NCBI GenBank assembly: GCA_965197275.1 | Contig: CBDAMQ010000020.1 | Coordinates: 47,695 to 111,694, forward strand | DNA from: Acidobacteriota bacterium | GTDB taxonomy: Bacteria; Acidobacteriota; UBA890; WLXD01 | Length of the DNA: 64,000 nt | Direction of reading: 5' to 3' | Shown here: positions 27,833-38,120 of the stretch, piece after piece | How positions within the stretch are numbered: the first letter of the stretch is position 1 | Layout: every line of letters begins with the position of its first letter | The notes under the pieces: generated by a model | What the model was told of the DNA's origin: nothing | What the model saw: the letters and a program-made list of their open reading frames with translations, nothing else | The model's database searches: none | Made by a program: the position numbers and the translations under genes

Positions 27833-29071
27833 TCAGGCGGCGTAGCGCTTGAAGATCAGTGCTGCGTTGGTACCACCGAATCCGAACGAGTTCGACAACC
27901 CGTACTCGAGATCCAGGGGCCGCGTCTGGTTGGGAACGAAGTCGAGGTCACAGTCCGGATCAGGATTCTCATAGTTGATGGTCGGCGGCACTTTTCCATC
28001 ACGCAATGCCATGACGGTGATACCGGCTTCGACGCCACCAGCAGCGCCGAGCAGGTGTCCCATCATCGACTTCGTCGACGAAACCGCAAGCTCACTGGCG
28101 TGGTCACCGAAAACGCTCTTGATCGCTTTCACCTCTGCCGTGTCGCCAACCGGGGTCGACGTTCCGTGGGCGTTCACGTAGTCGATGGCACTCGGCTCCA
28201 CGTCGGCATCGTCGAGCGCGATGCGCATGACCCGCACTGCGCCATCGCCGTCTTCGGGCGGCGCGGAAATGTGGTACGCGTCGGCGGTCATGCCATAGCC
28301 TACGATCTCGGCAAGGATAGGGGCGCTTCGCTGTCGGGCTGTCTCCTCGGCCTCGAGGACCAGAATCCCCGCTCCTTCGCCGAGAACGAAGCCATCGCGC
28401 TCGGAGTCGAAAGGGCGGCTGGCACGGACGGGCTCGTCGTTTCGCATCGACAGCGCTCGCATGGCGCTGAACCCGTCGATCGCCAGGGAGCACACGACTC
28501 CCTCAGTGCCGCCGCAGACCATGGCCTCGGCCTCTCCCCGAGCGATCACTCGAAAGGCGTCGCCGATTGCATGATTGCCGGTGGAGCAGGCGGTGCACAC
28601 GGACGAATTCGGCCCCTTGAGTCCGTATTGCATCGACACCCATCCGGAGGCGAGGTTCACAATCAGCGCCGGGATGAAGAACGGGCTTACTCGACCGGGC
28701 CCGCGTCGCAATTGGACCTCATGGAACTTCTGCATGATGTTGAGGCCACCGATCCCCGATCCGATGATCGTCCCGATGCGCTCGGGCGCATAGGCACCGT
28801 CGACTGATGACATCGCCCACGCATCGGCGGTTGCCGCCAGCGCGTAGACGATGTGGAGATCCATTTTCTTGAGGTCCTTCTTCGGCACGAAGTCCGTGGC
28901 GTCGAGATCGCGTACCTCGCCGGCGATTCGAACGGCAAAATCGCCGGCGTCGAACTTGGTGATCGGGCCCACGCCGCTACGCCCCTGGAGCAGGGCATCC
29001 CAGGTAATGTCGGTCGTCAGCCCGACCGGTGTGATCAACCCGACGCCGGTGATCACGACGCGGCGATCCAT
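27833..29071 (-). CDS. fabF: Beta-ketoacyl-ACP synthase II
   Basis: RRVVITGVG, TACSTG, NAHGTST, KSMMGHLLGAAG, SNSFGFGG. Confidence 0.96.
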   Translation of the reverse strand: MDRRVVITGVGLITPVGLTTDITWDALLQGRSGVGPITKFDAGDFAVRIAGEVRDLDATDFVPKKDLKKMDLHIVYALAATADAWAMSSVDGAYAPERIGTIIGSGIGGLNIMQKFHEVQLRRGPGRVSPFFIPALIVNLASGWVSMQYGLKGPNSSVCTACSTGNHAIGDAFRVIARGEAEAMVCGGTEGVVCSLAIDGFSAMRALSMRNDEPVRASRPFDSERDGFVLGEGAGILVLEAEETARQRSAPILAEIVGYGMTADAYHISAPPEDGDGAVRVMRIALDDADVEPSAIDYVNAHGTSTPVGDTAEVKAIKSVFGDHASELAVSSTKSMMGHLLGAAGGVEAGITVMALRDGKVPPTINYENPDPDCDLDFVPNQTRPLDLEYGLSNSFGFGGTNAALIFKRYAA

Positions 29072-29098
29072 CAGCTCTCCCACCCTGCCGGTCGCCGG

Positions 29099-29332
29099 TT
29101 AGTTGCTCTTGCTCTGGATGTAGCTGACGGCGTCCTGAACCTTGGCGATCTTCTCGGCGTCCTCGTCGGGAATCTCGAGGTCGAACTCCTCTTCGAGCGC
29201 CATCACGAGCTCCACCGTATCCAGCGAGTCCGCACCCAGATCCTCGATGAACGAGGCGCCGGTGGTGACCTCCTCGGCATCCACACCGAGCTGCTCGACG
29301 ATGATCTCCTTGACCTTTGCTTCGATGTCCAT
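29099..29332 (-). CDS. acpP: Acyl carrier protein
   Basis: [20 protein letters not shown]. Confidence 0.97.
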   Translation of the reverse strand: MDIEAKVKEIIVEQLGVDAEEVTTGASFIEDLGADSLDTVELVMALEEEFDLEIPDEDAEKIAKVQDAVSYIQSKSN

Positions 29333-29412
29333 GCCCTTCCTCCAGCACAAGCAGGTTGCAGTTACTCTCGCGGCGCTTGCCGTGTAGCGGCGCCAGACTC
29401 GGAATTCAGGGA

Positions 29413-30159
29413 TTACATACGCATGCCGCCGTCGACGCTGATCACCTGACCGGTGATGTAGCTTGCGTCTTCGGATAGCAGGAAGCTCACGGCCCCGGCG
29501 ACGTCGTCACCGGTTCCCAGCCGACTGAGCGGAATCTGTTCCTGTAAGTGCCGCTTGGCCTCCTCGGGCAGGTCGCGCGTCATGTCCGTTTCGACATAGC
29601 CTGGAGCCACGGCGTTCACCGTGATGCCGCGCGACGCCACCTCGCGCGCGAGTGCCTTGGTGAAACCATGCACTCCGGCTTTGGCGGCAGCGTAGTTCGT
29701 TTGGCCGGGATTGCCGAGCAGCCCGACGACCGAGCTGATCGAAACGATCCTGCCCTGTCGCTGGCGAAGCATCGATCTTAGCACGGCACGTGAGCACAGA
29801 AAGACGCCCGTCAGGTCGGTCCGGAGCACGTCGTCCCAGGCGTCATCCTTGAGTCTCAGCAGCAGATTGTCGCGCGTGATTCCGGCGTTGTTTACCAGGT
29901 TGTCGATCTGTCCGAAGCGTTCCTGTACGGCACTGACGGCGGCCGCGACCGAATCGCTGCAGCCGACGTCCATCTCCAACGGGAGAACCTCCACGCCGTG
30001 CGATCGGGCTTCTTCTGCCGCCGCTTCGCAGGCGGCTGCTGTGCGCGCACCAATCGCCAGGTGACTGCCCTGCCGGGCAAGCCGCACGGCTATCGCCCGC
30101 CCGATGCCGCGTGATCCGCCGGTGACGATGCTGACCTTGTCCTGAAAGCTGACGGACAA
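29413..30159 (-). CDS. fabG: 3-oxoacyl-ACP reductase FabG
   Basis: [32 protein letters not shown]. Confidence 0.95.
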   Translation of the reverse strand: MSVSFQDKVSIVTGGSRGIGRAIAVRLARQGSHLAIGARTAAACEAAAEEARSHGVEVLPLEMDVGCSDSVAAAVSAVQERFGQIDNLVNNAGITRDNLLLRLKDDAWDDVLRTDLTGVFLCSRAVLRSMLRQRQGRIVSISSVVGLLGNPGQTNYAAAKAGVHGFTKALAREVASRGITVNAVAPGYVETDMTRDLPEEAKRHLQEQIPLSRLGTGDDVAGAVSFLLSEDASYITGQVISVDGGMRM

Positions 30160-30212
30160 TCGTGCCTCCGTCCGATTCGGGGTTGTGAGAGCTGTGCGTC
30201 TCCTCCGAGAGG

Positions 30213-31157
30213 CTAGCCAGCGATTATCGCGAGCAACGCATCCACATCGGTTGGCCCTTGGATCGAGCGAATCTGTGCTCCTTTCAGCGTTCGCTTCACT
30301 AGACCGGCCAACACTCTACCCGGGCCGATCTCGATATAGGTGGTCGCACCGGCCTTGTCCAACCAGACCAGGTTGTCTACCCAGCGCACGGCCGCCGTGA
30401 CCTGCCGCACCAGCGCCCGGCGTACCTGGTCGGCAGTTAGGAGCGGTACCGCACCGACGTTGCAGACCACTGGTACGTCGGGCGGCCCGACGGGGACGGC
30501 TTGCATGTCGGCGGCAAGTCGCTGCTGTGCTGGCGCCATGAGCGAGCAATGAAAGGGAGCCGATACATCCAGCATCATCGCCCGACGAGCGCCGGCAACC
30601 TTCGCCAGATCGACGGCCCGATGCACGGCCGCCGTCGCGCCCGCGATCACGATCTGACCGGCCGAGTTGAAGTTGGCCGGCTCGACAGGCTCGGATTCAC
30701 CGGCCGCCGCCGCGCAGGCGGCGATCACGGCGTCGTCATCCAGTCCCAATATGGCCGCCATGGCCCCTTCTCCTGCCGGAACTGCCTCCTGCATGTATCG
30801 GCCTCGATCGCGGACAAGCCGCACAGCGTCGGCCAACGTAAGGCTGCCGGCCGCCACCAGGGCGCTGTACTCCCCTAACGAATGTCCGGCCATCCACGCG
30901 GCCTTGACGCCACGCGCCGCAAGCACTCGGTGCAGCGCTGTGCTGACCGTCAGGATGGCAGGCTGGGTGTTCTCGGTGCGGCGAAGCTCCGCGGCCTCTC
31001 CCGAAAAACACAGTCGTGAGAGGCTGAATCCCAGCGCCTCGTCAGCCTCCGCGAAGGCCGACGCGGCCTCCGGGAAGGTATCGTGCGCCTCCTTACCCAT
31101 TCCGACGTACTGCGCCCCCTGCCCCGGAAACAGGAAGGCCACCGCCGAGTCCTTCAT
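30213..31157 (-). CDS. fabD: Malonyl-CoA:ACP transacylase
   Basis: FPGQGAQ, TQPA, GHSLGEY, SAPFH. Confidence 0.96.
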   Translation of the reverse strand: MKDSAVAFLFPGQGAQYVGMGKEAHDTFPEAASAFAEADEALGFSLSRLCFSGEAAELRRTENTQPAILTVSTALHRVLAARGVKAAWMAGHSLGEYSALVAAGSLTLADAVRLVRDRGRYMQEAVPAGEGAMAAILGLDDDAVIAACAAAAGESEPVEPANFNSAGQIVIAGATAAVHRAVDLAKVAGARRAMMLDVSAPFHCSLMAPAQQRLAADMQAVPVGPPDVPVVCNVGAVPLLTADQVRRALVRQVTAAVRWVDNLVWLDKAGATTYIEIGPGRVLAGLVKRTLKGAQIRSIQGPTDVDALLAIIAG

Positions 31158-32182
31158 TGCGCTGAGGTCGGTTGAGCCGCATCACTGTCGGCCGTCTGCA
31201 TTTCGGTCAGCGCTTCTTCGATTCGCTGGTTGACGCCGTGCTGCCCGTACTCGAGAGCCACCCGGATGCCATTACGGATCGCACGGGGATTGGATCGCCC
31301 ATGGCAAATCACTGCGAGACCGCGAAGCCCGAGCAACGGTGCTCCGCCAAACTCCGCGTAGTCGACTCTGCCGCGCAGGCGCTGGAACGCGCCGCGCCCC
31401 AGCAGCCCTGCCAGGCGGCCGCCCCATGTGCGGGTGAACTCCTCCCGCATCAGGAATCGCAGAGTCTCGACGGCTGCCTCGCTGGTCTTGAGCAGGATGT
31501 TTCCGGTGAAGCCGTCGCACACGACGACGTCGGCACCGCCTCGGTAGAGATCACTTGCCTCGACGTTGCCAATGAAGTTCAGACCGGAGCTCTGCAGCGT
31601 GGCGTGCGCCGTTCTCACCAGCTCGTTGCCCTTGCCGGCTTCCTCGCCAATCGAGAGCAGCGCCGCGCGCGGCCGCTCGATACCTAGGATCTCGCTTGCG
31701 AAATGAGTTCCCATCACACCGAACTGGACCAGCTGGCGGCTCTTCGGCTCGACATTGGCGCCGACATCCAGCACTACGGCACGTCCTGTCTGCGTCGGCA
31801 ACACAACCGCCAACGCCGGCCGCTCGACGCCGTCCAACGTCCCCACAATCACCTTGGCGATCGCCATCACCGCACCGGTGTTGCCGGCTGAGACGAGGCC
31901 CTGAACCTCGCCGCGACGGAGGAGCCGGGCAGCCTCATGAATCGAAGAGTGACGCTTGCGGCGCACCGCCACCGCGGGGGACTCGTCCATCGCAATGGTC
32001 TGTTCGGCGTGAACGATCTCAATCCCGGGAGGTGACCCATGACGCGCTAGGGCCGGTGCCACCAATGCGTCATCGCCGACGAGCGCAATCTCTACTGCGA
32101 GATCCCGGGCTGCCATCACGGCACCGTTGATCGGGTGCTCCGGAGCGTGATCTCCGCCCATCGCATCTACGGCGATCCTCAT
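31154..32182 (-). CDS. plsX: Phosphate acyltransferase PlsX
   Basis: IAVDAMGGDHAP, SAGNTGA, DVGAN, CDGFTGN, HGRS. Confidence 0.96.
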   Translation of the reverse strand: MRIAVDAMGGDHAPEHPINGAVMAARDLAVEIALVGDDALVAPALARHGSPPGIEIVHAEQTIAMDESPAVAVRRKRHSSIHEAARLLRRGEVQGLVSAGNTGAVMAIAKVIVGTLDGVERPALAVVLPTQTGRAVVLDVGANVEPKSRQLVQFGVMGTHFASEILGIERPRAALLSIGEEAGKGNELVRTAHATLQSSGLNFIGNVEASDLYRGGADVVVCDGFTGNILLKTSEAAVETLRFLMREEFTRTWGGRLAGLLGRGAFQRLRGRVDYAEFGGAPLLGLRGLAVICHGRSNPRAIRNGIRVALEYGQHGVNQRIEEALTEMQTADSDAAQPTSAQ

Positions 32183-32240
32183 GCGGTCTCCGCAGGCAGA
32201 GCGCTCGACATCAGGTTCGGTACGCGGAAACGGCTAGGCC

Positions 32241-32426
32241 TCAGGCGTCGTCGCGCGACGAGACCACCTGCCGGCCGCGGTAGGTGCCGCAATGAGCACA
32301 CGCCCGATGAGGTTGTTTCGGGCGGCCACATTCCGGGCAAAGGGACTGCGCCGGGCGTCGCAGAGCATCGTGCGTACGGCGCTTGTCGCGACGCGTACGC
32401 GAATGTCGTCGCTTCGGAAGTGCCAA
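32241..32426 (-). CDS. rpmF: 50S ribosomal protein L32
   Basis: ALPKRRHSRTRRDKRRTH...CPECG...HRACAHCGTYRGR. Confidence 0.96.
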   Translation of the reverse strand: MALPKRRHSRTRRDKRRTHDALRRPAQSLCPECGRPKQPHRACAHCGTYRGRQVVSSRDDA

Positions 32427-32486
32427 GTTCGGTTCCTCAAGTTGGGGCCAGCAACGTGCGTTAACGCGTCAGCCGCACGGAAGAGA

Positions 32487-33014
32487 CTACTGACGATCCC
32501 GTAACGCGGCCAACGGTGAAAGTCTGGGATCAACGGCAGGCTGGCACTCACACCCTTGCCCGCGACGGTCAGCGCCGCACTGCGGACAGAGCCCCTGACA
32601 GTCTTCGCTGCAGAGCGGCTTTATCGGCAGGTCGAGCAGCACCTGCTCGGCCAGCACAGTCCGTAGATCCAGAGTGTTACCCGCGTAATAATCGATGTCG
32701 AGCTGCCGGGCGTCAAGCTCCGTGTCGCCTGGCCCGGGTGCGTTCGCCGCCGCACGAAAGGCGAGATCCAACTTGCGATCGACGCTCAGGGCGGCGGGTT
32801 CCAGACAGCGTGAACAAGGCAGGTGAACGGTGGAGTGTAGCCATCCGGTTATCCTCACCGTATCGCCGTCGAGCTCCACGGTTGCAGCGAACGCTATCGG
32901 AGCAGTGAGGCTGGGGTCTCCTTCCCTCTGCACCTCTCGAGGCGCTGCCGTGGTGCCGGCGAACCGGCGCGGCCCGTCCTCCAAGGTGGCGATATCAACC
33001 CGCATGTTCACCAC
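32487..33014 (-). CDS. yceD: DUF177 (YceD) family protein
   Basis: CSRCL, LPIKPLCSEDCQGLCPQCG, DPRLSPL; upstream of rpmF. Confidence 0.92.
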   Translation of the reverse strand: MVNMRVDIATLEDGPRRFAGTTAAPREVQREGDPSLTAPIAFAATVELDGDTVRITGWLHSTVHLPCSRCLEPAALSVDRKLDLAFRAAANAPGPGDTELDARQLDIDYYAGNTLDLRTVLAEQVLLDLPIKPLCSEDCQGLCPQCGADRRGQGCECQPAVDPRLSPLAALRDRQ

Positions 33015-33036
33015 CGATTGTTAGGCTACGGGACTC

Positions 33037-33372
33037 TCAGGCTACGGCGGTCACTTTGTCGAGCATCCCGACAATGCTGTCGCGCGATCCAGCACCCACC
33101 ATCTGATCCTGAACCTCTCCGTCGTGGAACAGGAGTAGGGTGGGAATACCTCGCACGTTGAACCGCGTGGCGACGTCGCCGTGGTCGTCGACGTTGAGCT
33201 TGCCGACCTTGACCTTTCCGGAATACGAACTGGCGAGCTCCTCCACCACGGGCGCGATCATCCGGCAGGGCGCGCACCAAACAGCCCAGAAATCGACCAG
33301 GACCGGAATGTCGCTTTCCAGCACCTCGCTCTCGAAGTTGTCGGTCGTCAACTCGATGGTGTTATCGCTCAC
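33037..33372 (-). CDS. trxA: Thioredoxin
   Basis: VDFWAVWCAPCRMIAP, cis-Pro GIPT. Confidence 0.95.
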   Translation of the reverse strand: MSDNTIELTTDNFESEVLESDIPVLVDFWAVWCAPCRMIAPVVEELASSYSGKVKVGKLNVDDHGDVATRFNVRGIPTLLLFHDGEVQDQMVGAGSRDSIVGMLDKVTAVA

Positions 33373-33536
33373 AATCGCCTCTTCCTCTTCCCTTATGGCC
33401 CAACATCAAAAAGGCGATTTCCGGCCGACGAAGCTCGCTCGGCCCGGGTTCGCCCACCCGCGAATCCTCTTTCGGAGCGCCGTAGTCCAACATCGACGCT
33501 CGGAGGTTCGAGTATCCCACACACCTCAGAATCGGA

Positions 33537-34712
33537 CTACACACTCGCCCTTCCAGCGACGCCCGCCGCCGCCTCCGCGAGCACCGCCCGCGCCACCACC
33601 AGCCGTTGGATCTCGGAGGTTCCTTCGTAGATGGTCGTCACGCGAGCGTCGCGATAGAAGCGCTCAACCGGGTAGTCCGCCACGTAGCCGTATCCCCCGT
33701 GCATTTGCATCGCCTGATAGGCCGTGCGGTTAGCCGCTTCGCTGGCGTACAGCTTAGCGATGGCAGCTGATTTCGTGTTGCGCTCTCCTCGATCGCGCAG
33801 CGCGGCAGCTCGCAAGTAGAGCAGTCGGCCGGCGCGGATCTCGGCCGCCATACGGGCGAGCTGATGTCGCAGTCCTTCGAAGTGCGCCAGCGGTCGACCG
33901 AAGGCCTCACGTTCGAGAAGATAGTCACGAGCAGCGTCGAAGGCGCCCTGTGCGATGCCGACGGCCTGTGCCGCGATACCGGCCCGACCACCATCAAGGC
34001 TGTCGAGCGCGATACGAAGCCCGTCTCCTTCCTCGCCTACTCGGTGCGACGCCGGTAGTACGACGTCGCGGAAGCTCACCTGGTTCGTACGCGACGAGCG
34101 CAGTCCCAGCTTCTCCTCTTCGGGAAGCACGTCGACTCCCGGGTAGTCGCGCGGCACGATGAACGCTGAGACACGACGTCGATCCGACTGCGGATCGGTA
34201 ACGGCGAACACCAGCATGGCGCCGCAAACCGCGCCGCTGGTGATCCATGCCTTGGCCCCGTTGATGACGTAGTCGTCGCCGCGTCCTTCGGCACGCGTGC
34301 ATATGGCGCCGGCATCAGAACCTGCCTCGGGCTCTGAGAGGCAGAAAGCGCCGAGCCATTCGCCGCTGGCGCAGGGACGTAGCCAGCGCTCCCGTTGCTT
34401 GTCGTTGCCGAACTTGTTGATGGGAGCGCAATACACCGAGTTGGTTACGCTTATGGCCACGCAAGTTGAAGCGTCGCCGCGCGCAAGCTCCTCGAGGGCC
34501 AGACAGTAGGCGGTGCCATCGAGACCGACGCCACCCCATTCCCCCGGTACGACCATGCCGAACAAGCCGAGCTTGCCGAGTTCTTCAAACGTCGCGGTCG
34601 GGAAGCTCTTCTGCCGATCCCACTCGGCGGCCACGGGCACCACCTCGGCGTCGACAAACTCGCGTACTGTCTGCCGGATCATCTGCTGATCCGGCGTCAG
34701 TCGCCAATCCAT
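33537..34712 (-). CDS. Acyl-CoA dehydrogenase (short/branched-chain type)
   Basis: FCLSEPEAGSD, NGAKAWIT, KLGLRSS, GGYGY, RDARVTTIYEGTSEIQ. Confidence 0.94.
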   Translation of the reverse strand: MDWRLTPDQQMIRQTVREFVDAEVVPVAAEWDRQKSFPTATFEELGKLGLFGMVVPGEWGGVGLDGTAYCLALEELARGDASTCVAISVTNSVYCAPINKFGNDKQRERWLRPCASGEWLGAFCLSEPEAGSDAGAICTRAEGRGDDYVINGAKAWITSGAVCGAMLVFAVTDPQSDRRRVSAFIVPRDYPGVDVLPEEEKLGLRSSRTNQVSFRDVVLPASHRVGEEGDGLRIALDSLDGGRAGIAAQAVGIAQGAFDAARDYLLEREAFGRPLAHFEGLRHQLARMAAEIRAGRLLYLRAAALRDRGERNTKSAAIAKLYASEAANRTAYQAMQMHGGYGYVADYPVERFYRDARVTTIYEGTSEIQRLVVARAVLAEAAAGVAGRASV

Positions 34713-34759
34713 GACCTAGAGTCCTGACGGTGGGAATGGGCGCAACGTCGCCGACGCTG

Positions 34760-35806
34760 TTAGCGGGATAGGTCCGGCAGCAACCCGTCGGCGATGACGC
34801 CGAGTTGCTCCTCGTTCGTGCCCCCCAGCACTTCCATGACCTTCGCGTCCCGGTAAAGACGCTCGAGAATCGAGGTCCGAAACGCACCGGCCTCACCGGC
34901 GATCTGCACCGCGCGGCGGGTAGCGGCGACGGCCGCTTCGGCCGAGAGCAGGCGGCACATCGCGGCGGGCTCGCGAGCCTCACCGGTGCCGAGTTGCAGC
35001 GCCGCGTGCCATAGGGACAGGCGCGCCGCTTCCGACTCCGTAGCGATATCGGCAAGCATCCATTGCACGGATTGCGGCTGCTCGCGCACGTCCTCGCCAG
35101 CGGCGGTGGTTGCCAGATGAGCGAGAGCCGCGTCAAGCGCACCCGCGGCTATTCCCACCGCCTGCGCCGCGTGAGCAATGCGTACGGCGTCGACTACCCG
35201 GGCGGCCAGTTCGGAATCGCCGACACGGGCGCTATCCGCAAGTCCGATTCGATCGAAGGTCACCGGGGCGGCGCCGCTGCCGCGCAGGCCCAAGAGGCCC
35301 TGCGCTGGACCCACGAACGCCTCTTCTGCCGGCACCCTGAACAACCCGGCGTCGTCGCCCGACTCACAAGCCACGACAAAATCGGTCGCGTAGCCTGCAC
35401 CGGGTACCAGAGCGACCGACCCCTGCAGCAGCGTTCCATCGTCGGTGGCGAGGGCGGCGAGCGTAGCGCCGCCACAGACGGTGGCGTAAATCGTGGCCTC
35501 GTCATCCGCGGCAGCGGCGATTCCCTGCCCATGGATCGCCCAGGAACCCAGGCCGTGCGCCGCGGCAACGGCTGCCGCAGCGGCGCTCTGGCGGGCCACC
35601 TGTTCGAGGCGCAGAGCCAGGTGCATTGGCAAGGGCTCGATGCTGTCGACGCGGTCGGCAACCAGCACGCACAGTTGCTGGATGAGCTCGTCCGGGCAGC
35701 GGTCCGAGGCGTCGATATCGGCCGCTCTCGCGGCCACGTGGACGCGCGCCAGGTCGCTCGCCTGATCGCGCACCTGTTGTTCGACAGCGCTGAGGATTGG
35801 GTTCAA
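34760..35806 (-). CDS. Divergent acyl-CoA dehydrogenase-like protein
   Basis: C-terminal ACAD motifs LLGLRG, QWMLADIA, ERLYRDAK...GGTNEEQ; N-terminal FAD motif and catalytic Glu absent. Confidence 0.8.
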   Translation of the reverse strand: MNPILSAVEQQVRDQASDLARVHVAARAADIDASDRCPDELIQQLCVLVADRVDSIEPLPMHLALRLEQVARQSAAAAAVAAAHGLGSWAIHGQGIAAAADDEATIYATVCGGATLAALATDDGTLLQGSVALVPGAGYATDFVVACESGDDAGLFRVPAEEAFVGPAQGLLGLRGSGAAPVTFDRIGLADSARVGDSELAARVVDAVRIAHAAQAVGIAAGALDAALAHLATTAAGEDVREQPQSVQWMLADIATESEAARLSLWHAALQLGTGEAREPAAMCRLLSAEAAVAATRRAVQIAGEAGAFRTSILERLYRDAKVMEVLGGTNEEQLGVIADGLLPDLSR

Positions 35807-35873
35807 CGTGATCCCCGTATGCGACGCGTATGCGCCGTGCCCGGACCCGATGGCCGGTTACTGAGCCGGAGGT

Positions 35874-36155
35874 CTAGCGATTTACGAGCTCGCGTAGCTC
35901 CTTGCCCGGCTTGAAGAACGGCACCACCTTGGACGGTACGTCGACGCGCTCACCGGTCTTCGGATTCCGCCCGATACGGGCTCGCCGGCGGCGCAGCTTG
36001 AACGTCCCGAAACCGCGCAACTCGACCTTGTCGCCACCGTTCAGCGACTCAACGATGCTGTTGAAGAACGTGCTTACTACGACCTCCGAGCTCTTCTTGC
36101 TGAGGTCGGAAACCGCCGCCACCTCTTCGACCAGGTCCGCCTTCGTCATCGTCAC
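35874..36155 (-). CDS. HU/IHF family DNA-binding protein (IHF beta-like)
   Basis: MTKADLVEEV, VELRGFGTF, GRNPKTGE, FKPGKELR; downstream of rpsA. Confidence 0.93.
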   Translation of the reverse strand: MTMTKADLVEEVAAVSDLSKKSSEVVVSTFFNSIVESLNGGDKVELRGFGTFKLRRRRARIGRNPKTGERVDVPSKVVPFFKPGKELRELVNR

Positions 36156-36188
36156 CCGGCTGGTTGCCCCGGCTGTCGGCCGGTGCAG

Positions 36189-38024
36189 CTAGTCCTCGCT
36201 GTCGTCGTCGAGTTCTTCCTTCGGAGCTTCGGGGTCGTCAGCCTCAGCGGTGCTGCCGGAGCCGGACCCGAAGATGTTCCCCACCATGTCGCCGAGCGTC
36301 ATCGTGCCGTCCTTCTGGTACCGACTGGCCGGTTCTGCTGGCACCGCCGGCTCATGGTGACGCTCCTCGATCTCTTCGCCGCCCTCTCGGAGCGACAGTG
36401 CGATCTTGCGCGCATCGGTCTCGATCTTGAGAATGCGAACATCGACCGTGTCGCCAACCTTGAGCTCGTCGGCCGGATCCTTGACGTGGCGATCGGCGAT
36501 TTCGGAGACGTGCAGCAGCCCCTCCAGACCCTCCTGTAGCTCGACGAAGGCGCCGAAGTTGGTGAGCTTCGTCACCGGTCCACTGATTTGGTCGCCCACG
36601 TGATGCTCTTCGACAAACTGATCCCAGACGTTCGGTCGCAGCTGCTTGAGGCCGAGCGACAGTCGCTGCCGCTCGACGTCGACGTTCAAAACGGCAACCT
36701 CGACTTCCTGGCCCTTTTGCAACACCTCGGATGGATGCTCGACCCGCTTGGTCCACGACATGTCGGAGATGTGGATCAAGCCGTCGATGCCGTCTTCGAT
36801 CTCGACGAACGCACCAAAGTCGGTCAGGTTACGGACCCGACCGGTGATGACCTGCCCCTCGTGATACTTGTCGGCGATGACGCGCCACGGGTTGGGCTCA
36901 GTCTGCTTCATTCCCAGCGAGATGCGGCGATTGTCCTCGTCCACGTCCAGGATGACGATGTCTACCGGGTCCGCGATCTGCACCAGCTTCGACGGGTGCT
37001 TGATACGCTTCTTCCAGGTCATCTCGGAGATATGCACCAGTCCCTCGACACCCTCTTCGAGCTCGACGAAGGCACCGTAGTCGGTGAGGCTGACGACCTT
37101 CCCTTGCAGACGCGACCCGACCGGGTACTTCTCGGTCACGCCGATCCAGGGATCCTGCGTGAGCTGCTTGTAACCCAGGGACACGCGCTCGCGCTCGGCA
37201 TCGAAACTGAGAATCACGATGTCGATCTCGTCGCCGATCGAGAACATTTCGCTCGGGTGCGAGATGCGGCCCCACGACATGTCGGTGATGTGCAAAAGGC
37301 CGTCGATTCCACCCAGGTCCGTAAAACAACCGTAGTCAGTGATGTTCTTGACCACGCCAGGCAGTATGTTTCCCGCCACGAGCTTCCCGAGCGTGCCCTT
37401 CTTTTCTTCGGCGCGTGCCTCTTCGAGCACCGCCTTGCGCGACACGACCACGTTGGCGCGGCGCTTGTTCACCTTGATGACACGGCACTCGATTTCCTCG
37501 CCGCGCATTGCCTCGAGGTTGCGGACCGGCCGCAAATCAACCTGGGAGCCCGGTAAGAAGGCGCGCACGCCGATGTCGACGGAAAGGCCGCCCTTCACAC
37601 GATCGGTAACGATACCCGTGATCGTCGCCTCATCACGGTACGCTTCCTCGATCTTGCCCCATACCTTCATCTTCTCCGCTTTGTCCTTGGAGACGATGAC
37701 GTTGCCGTTCTGATCCTCACGGCGAACGAGCAACACTTCGACCTGATCGCCAGCAGCAACCATCAGCTCGCCTAGCGGGTCGCGGAACTCGTTGATGTCT
37801 ACGAGGCCTTCCGACTTGTAGCCAATATCTACGAGGACGTCGTTTTCGCGCACTTCCAGCACGTACCCGTTAACGACTTCGCCCTCGGCAAGATCCTGCA
37901 AGCTCTGTTCGTAGAGCTGCATCATGAGCTCGGGATCGATCTGGCCGCCTTCCATGGCGTCGAGCTGCGCGAGCAGATCGTCCGAGGGGCGCGGGTTTGG
38001 TTCTTCTTCGGTCTGGACCGACAT
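36189..38024 (-). CDS. rpsA: 30S ribosomal protein S1
   Basis: Six S1 repeats (DYGAFVEL, GLVHISEM etc.); AGGAGG upstream; cmk-rpsA-ihf synteny. Confidence 0.96.
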   Translation of the reverse strand: MSVQTEEEPNPRPSDDLLAQLDAMEGGQIDPELMMQLYEQSLQDLAEGEVVNGYVLEVRENDVLVDIGYKSEGLVDINEFRDPLGELMVAAGDQVEVLLVRREDQNGNVIVSKDKAEKMKVWGKIEEAYRDEATITGIVTDRVKGGLSVDIGVRAFLPGSQVDLRPVRNLEAMRGEEIECRVIKVNKRRANVVVSRKAVLEEARAEEKKGTLGKLVAGNILPGVVKNITDYGCFTDLGGIDGLLHITDMSWGRISHPSEMFSIGDEIDIVILSFDAERERVSLGYKQLTQDPWIGVTEKYPVGSRLQGKVVSLTDYGAFVELEEGVEGLVHISEMTWKKRIKHPSKLVQIADPVDIVILDVDEDNRRISLGMKQTEPNPWRVIADKYHEGQVITGRVRNLTDFGAFVEIEDGIDGLIHISDMSWTKRVEHPSEVLQKGQEVEVAVLNVDVERQRLSLGLKQLRPNVWDQFVEEHHVGDQISGPVTKLTNFGAFVELQEGLEGLLHVSEIADRHVKDPADELKVGDTVDVRILKIETDARKIALSLREGGEEIEERHHEPAVPAEPASRYQKDGTMTLGDMVGNIFGSGSGSTAEADDPEAPKEELDDDSED

Positions 38025-38120
38025 GGGGTTGGGTATCCTCCTGAACGCGGAATTTGCCCTCTGGGCACACTTGTGCCGCAAGGAGGCAGACGGTAATCGT
38101 AGGTCCGCCTCAGGTAGCTG

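Noticed and set aside
26885-28807. Long antisense ORFs (640 aa here; also 55280-56815, 6579-7733, 25032-26261, 18675-19856)
   Set aside because: Shadow frames opposite well-supported genes, expected from high GC3; no recognisable motifs.
31150-31160. Absence of fabH between plsX and fabD
   Set aside because: Common operon variation; fabH or an alternative initiating enzyme may lie elsewhere.
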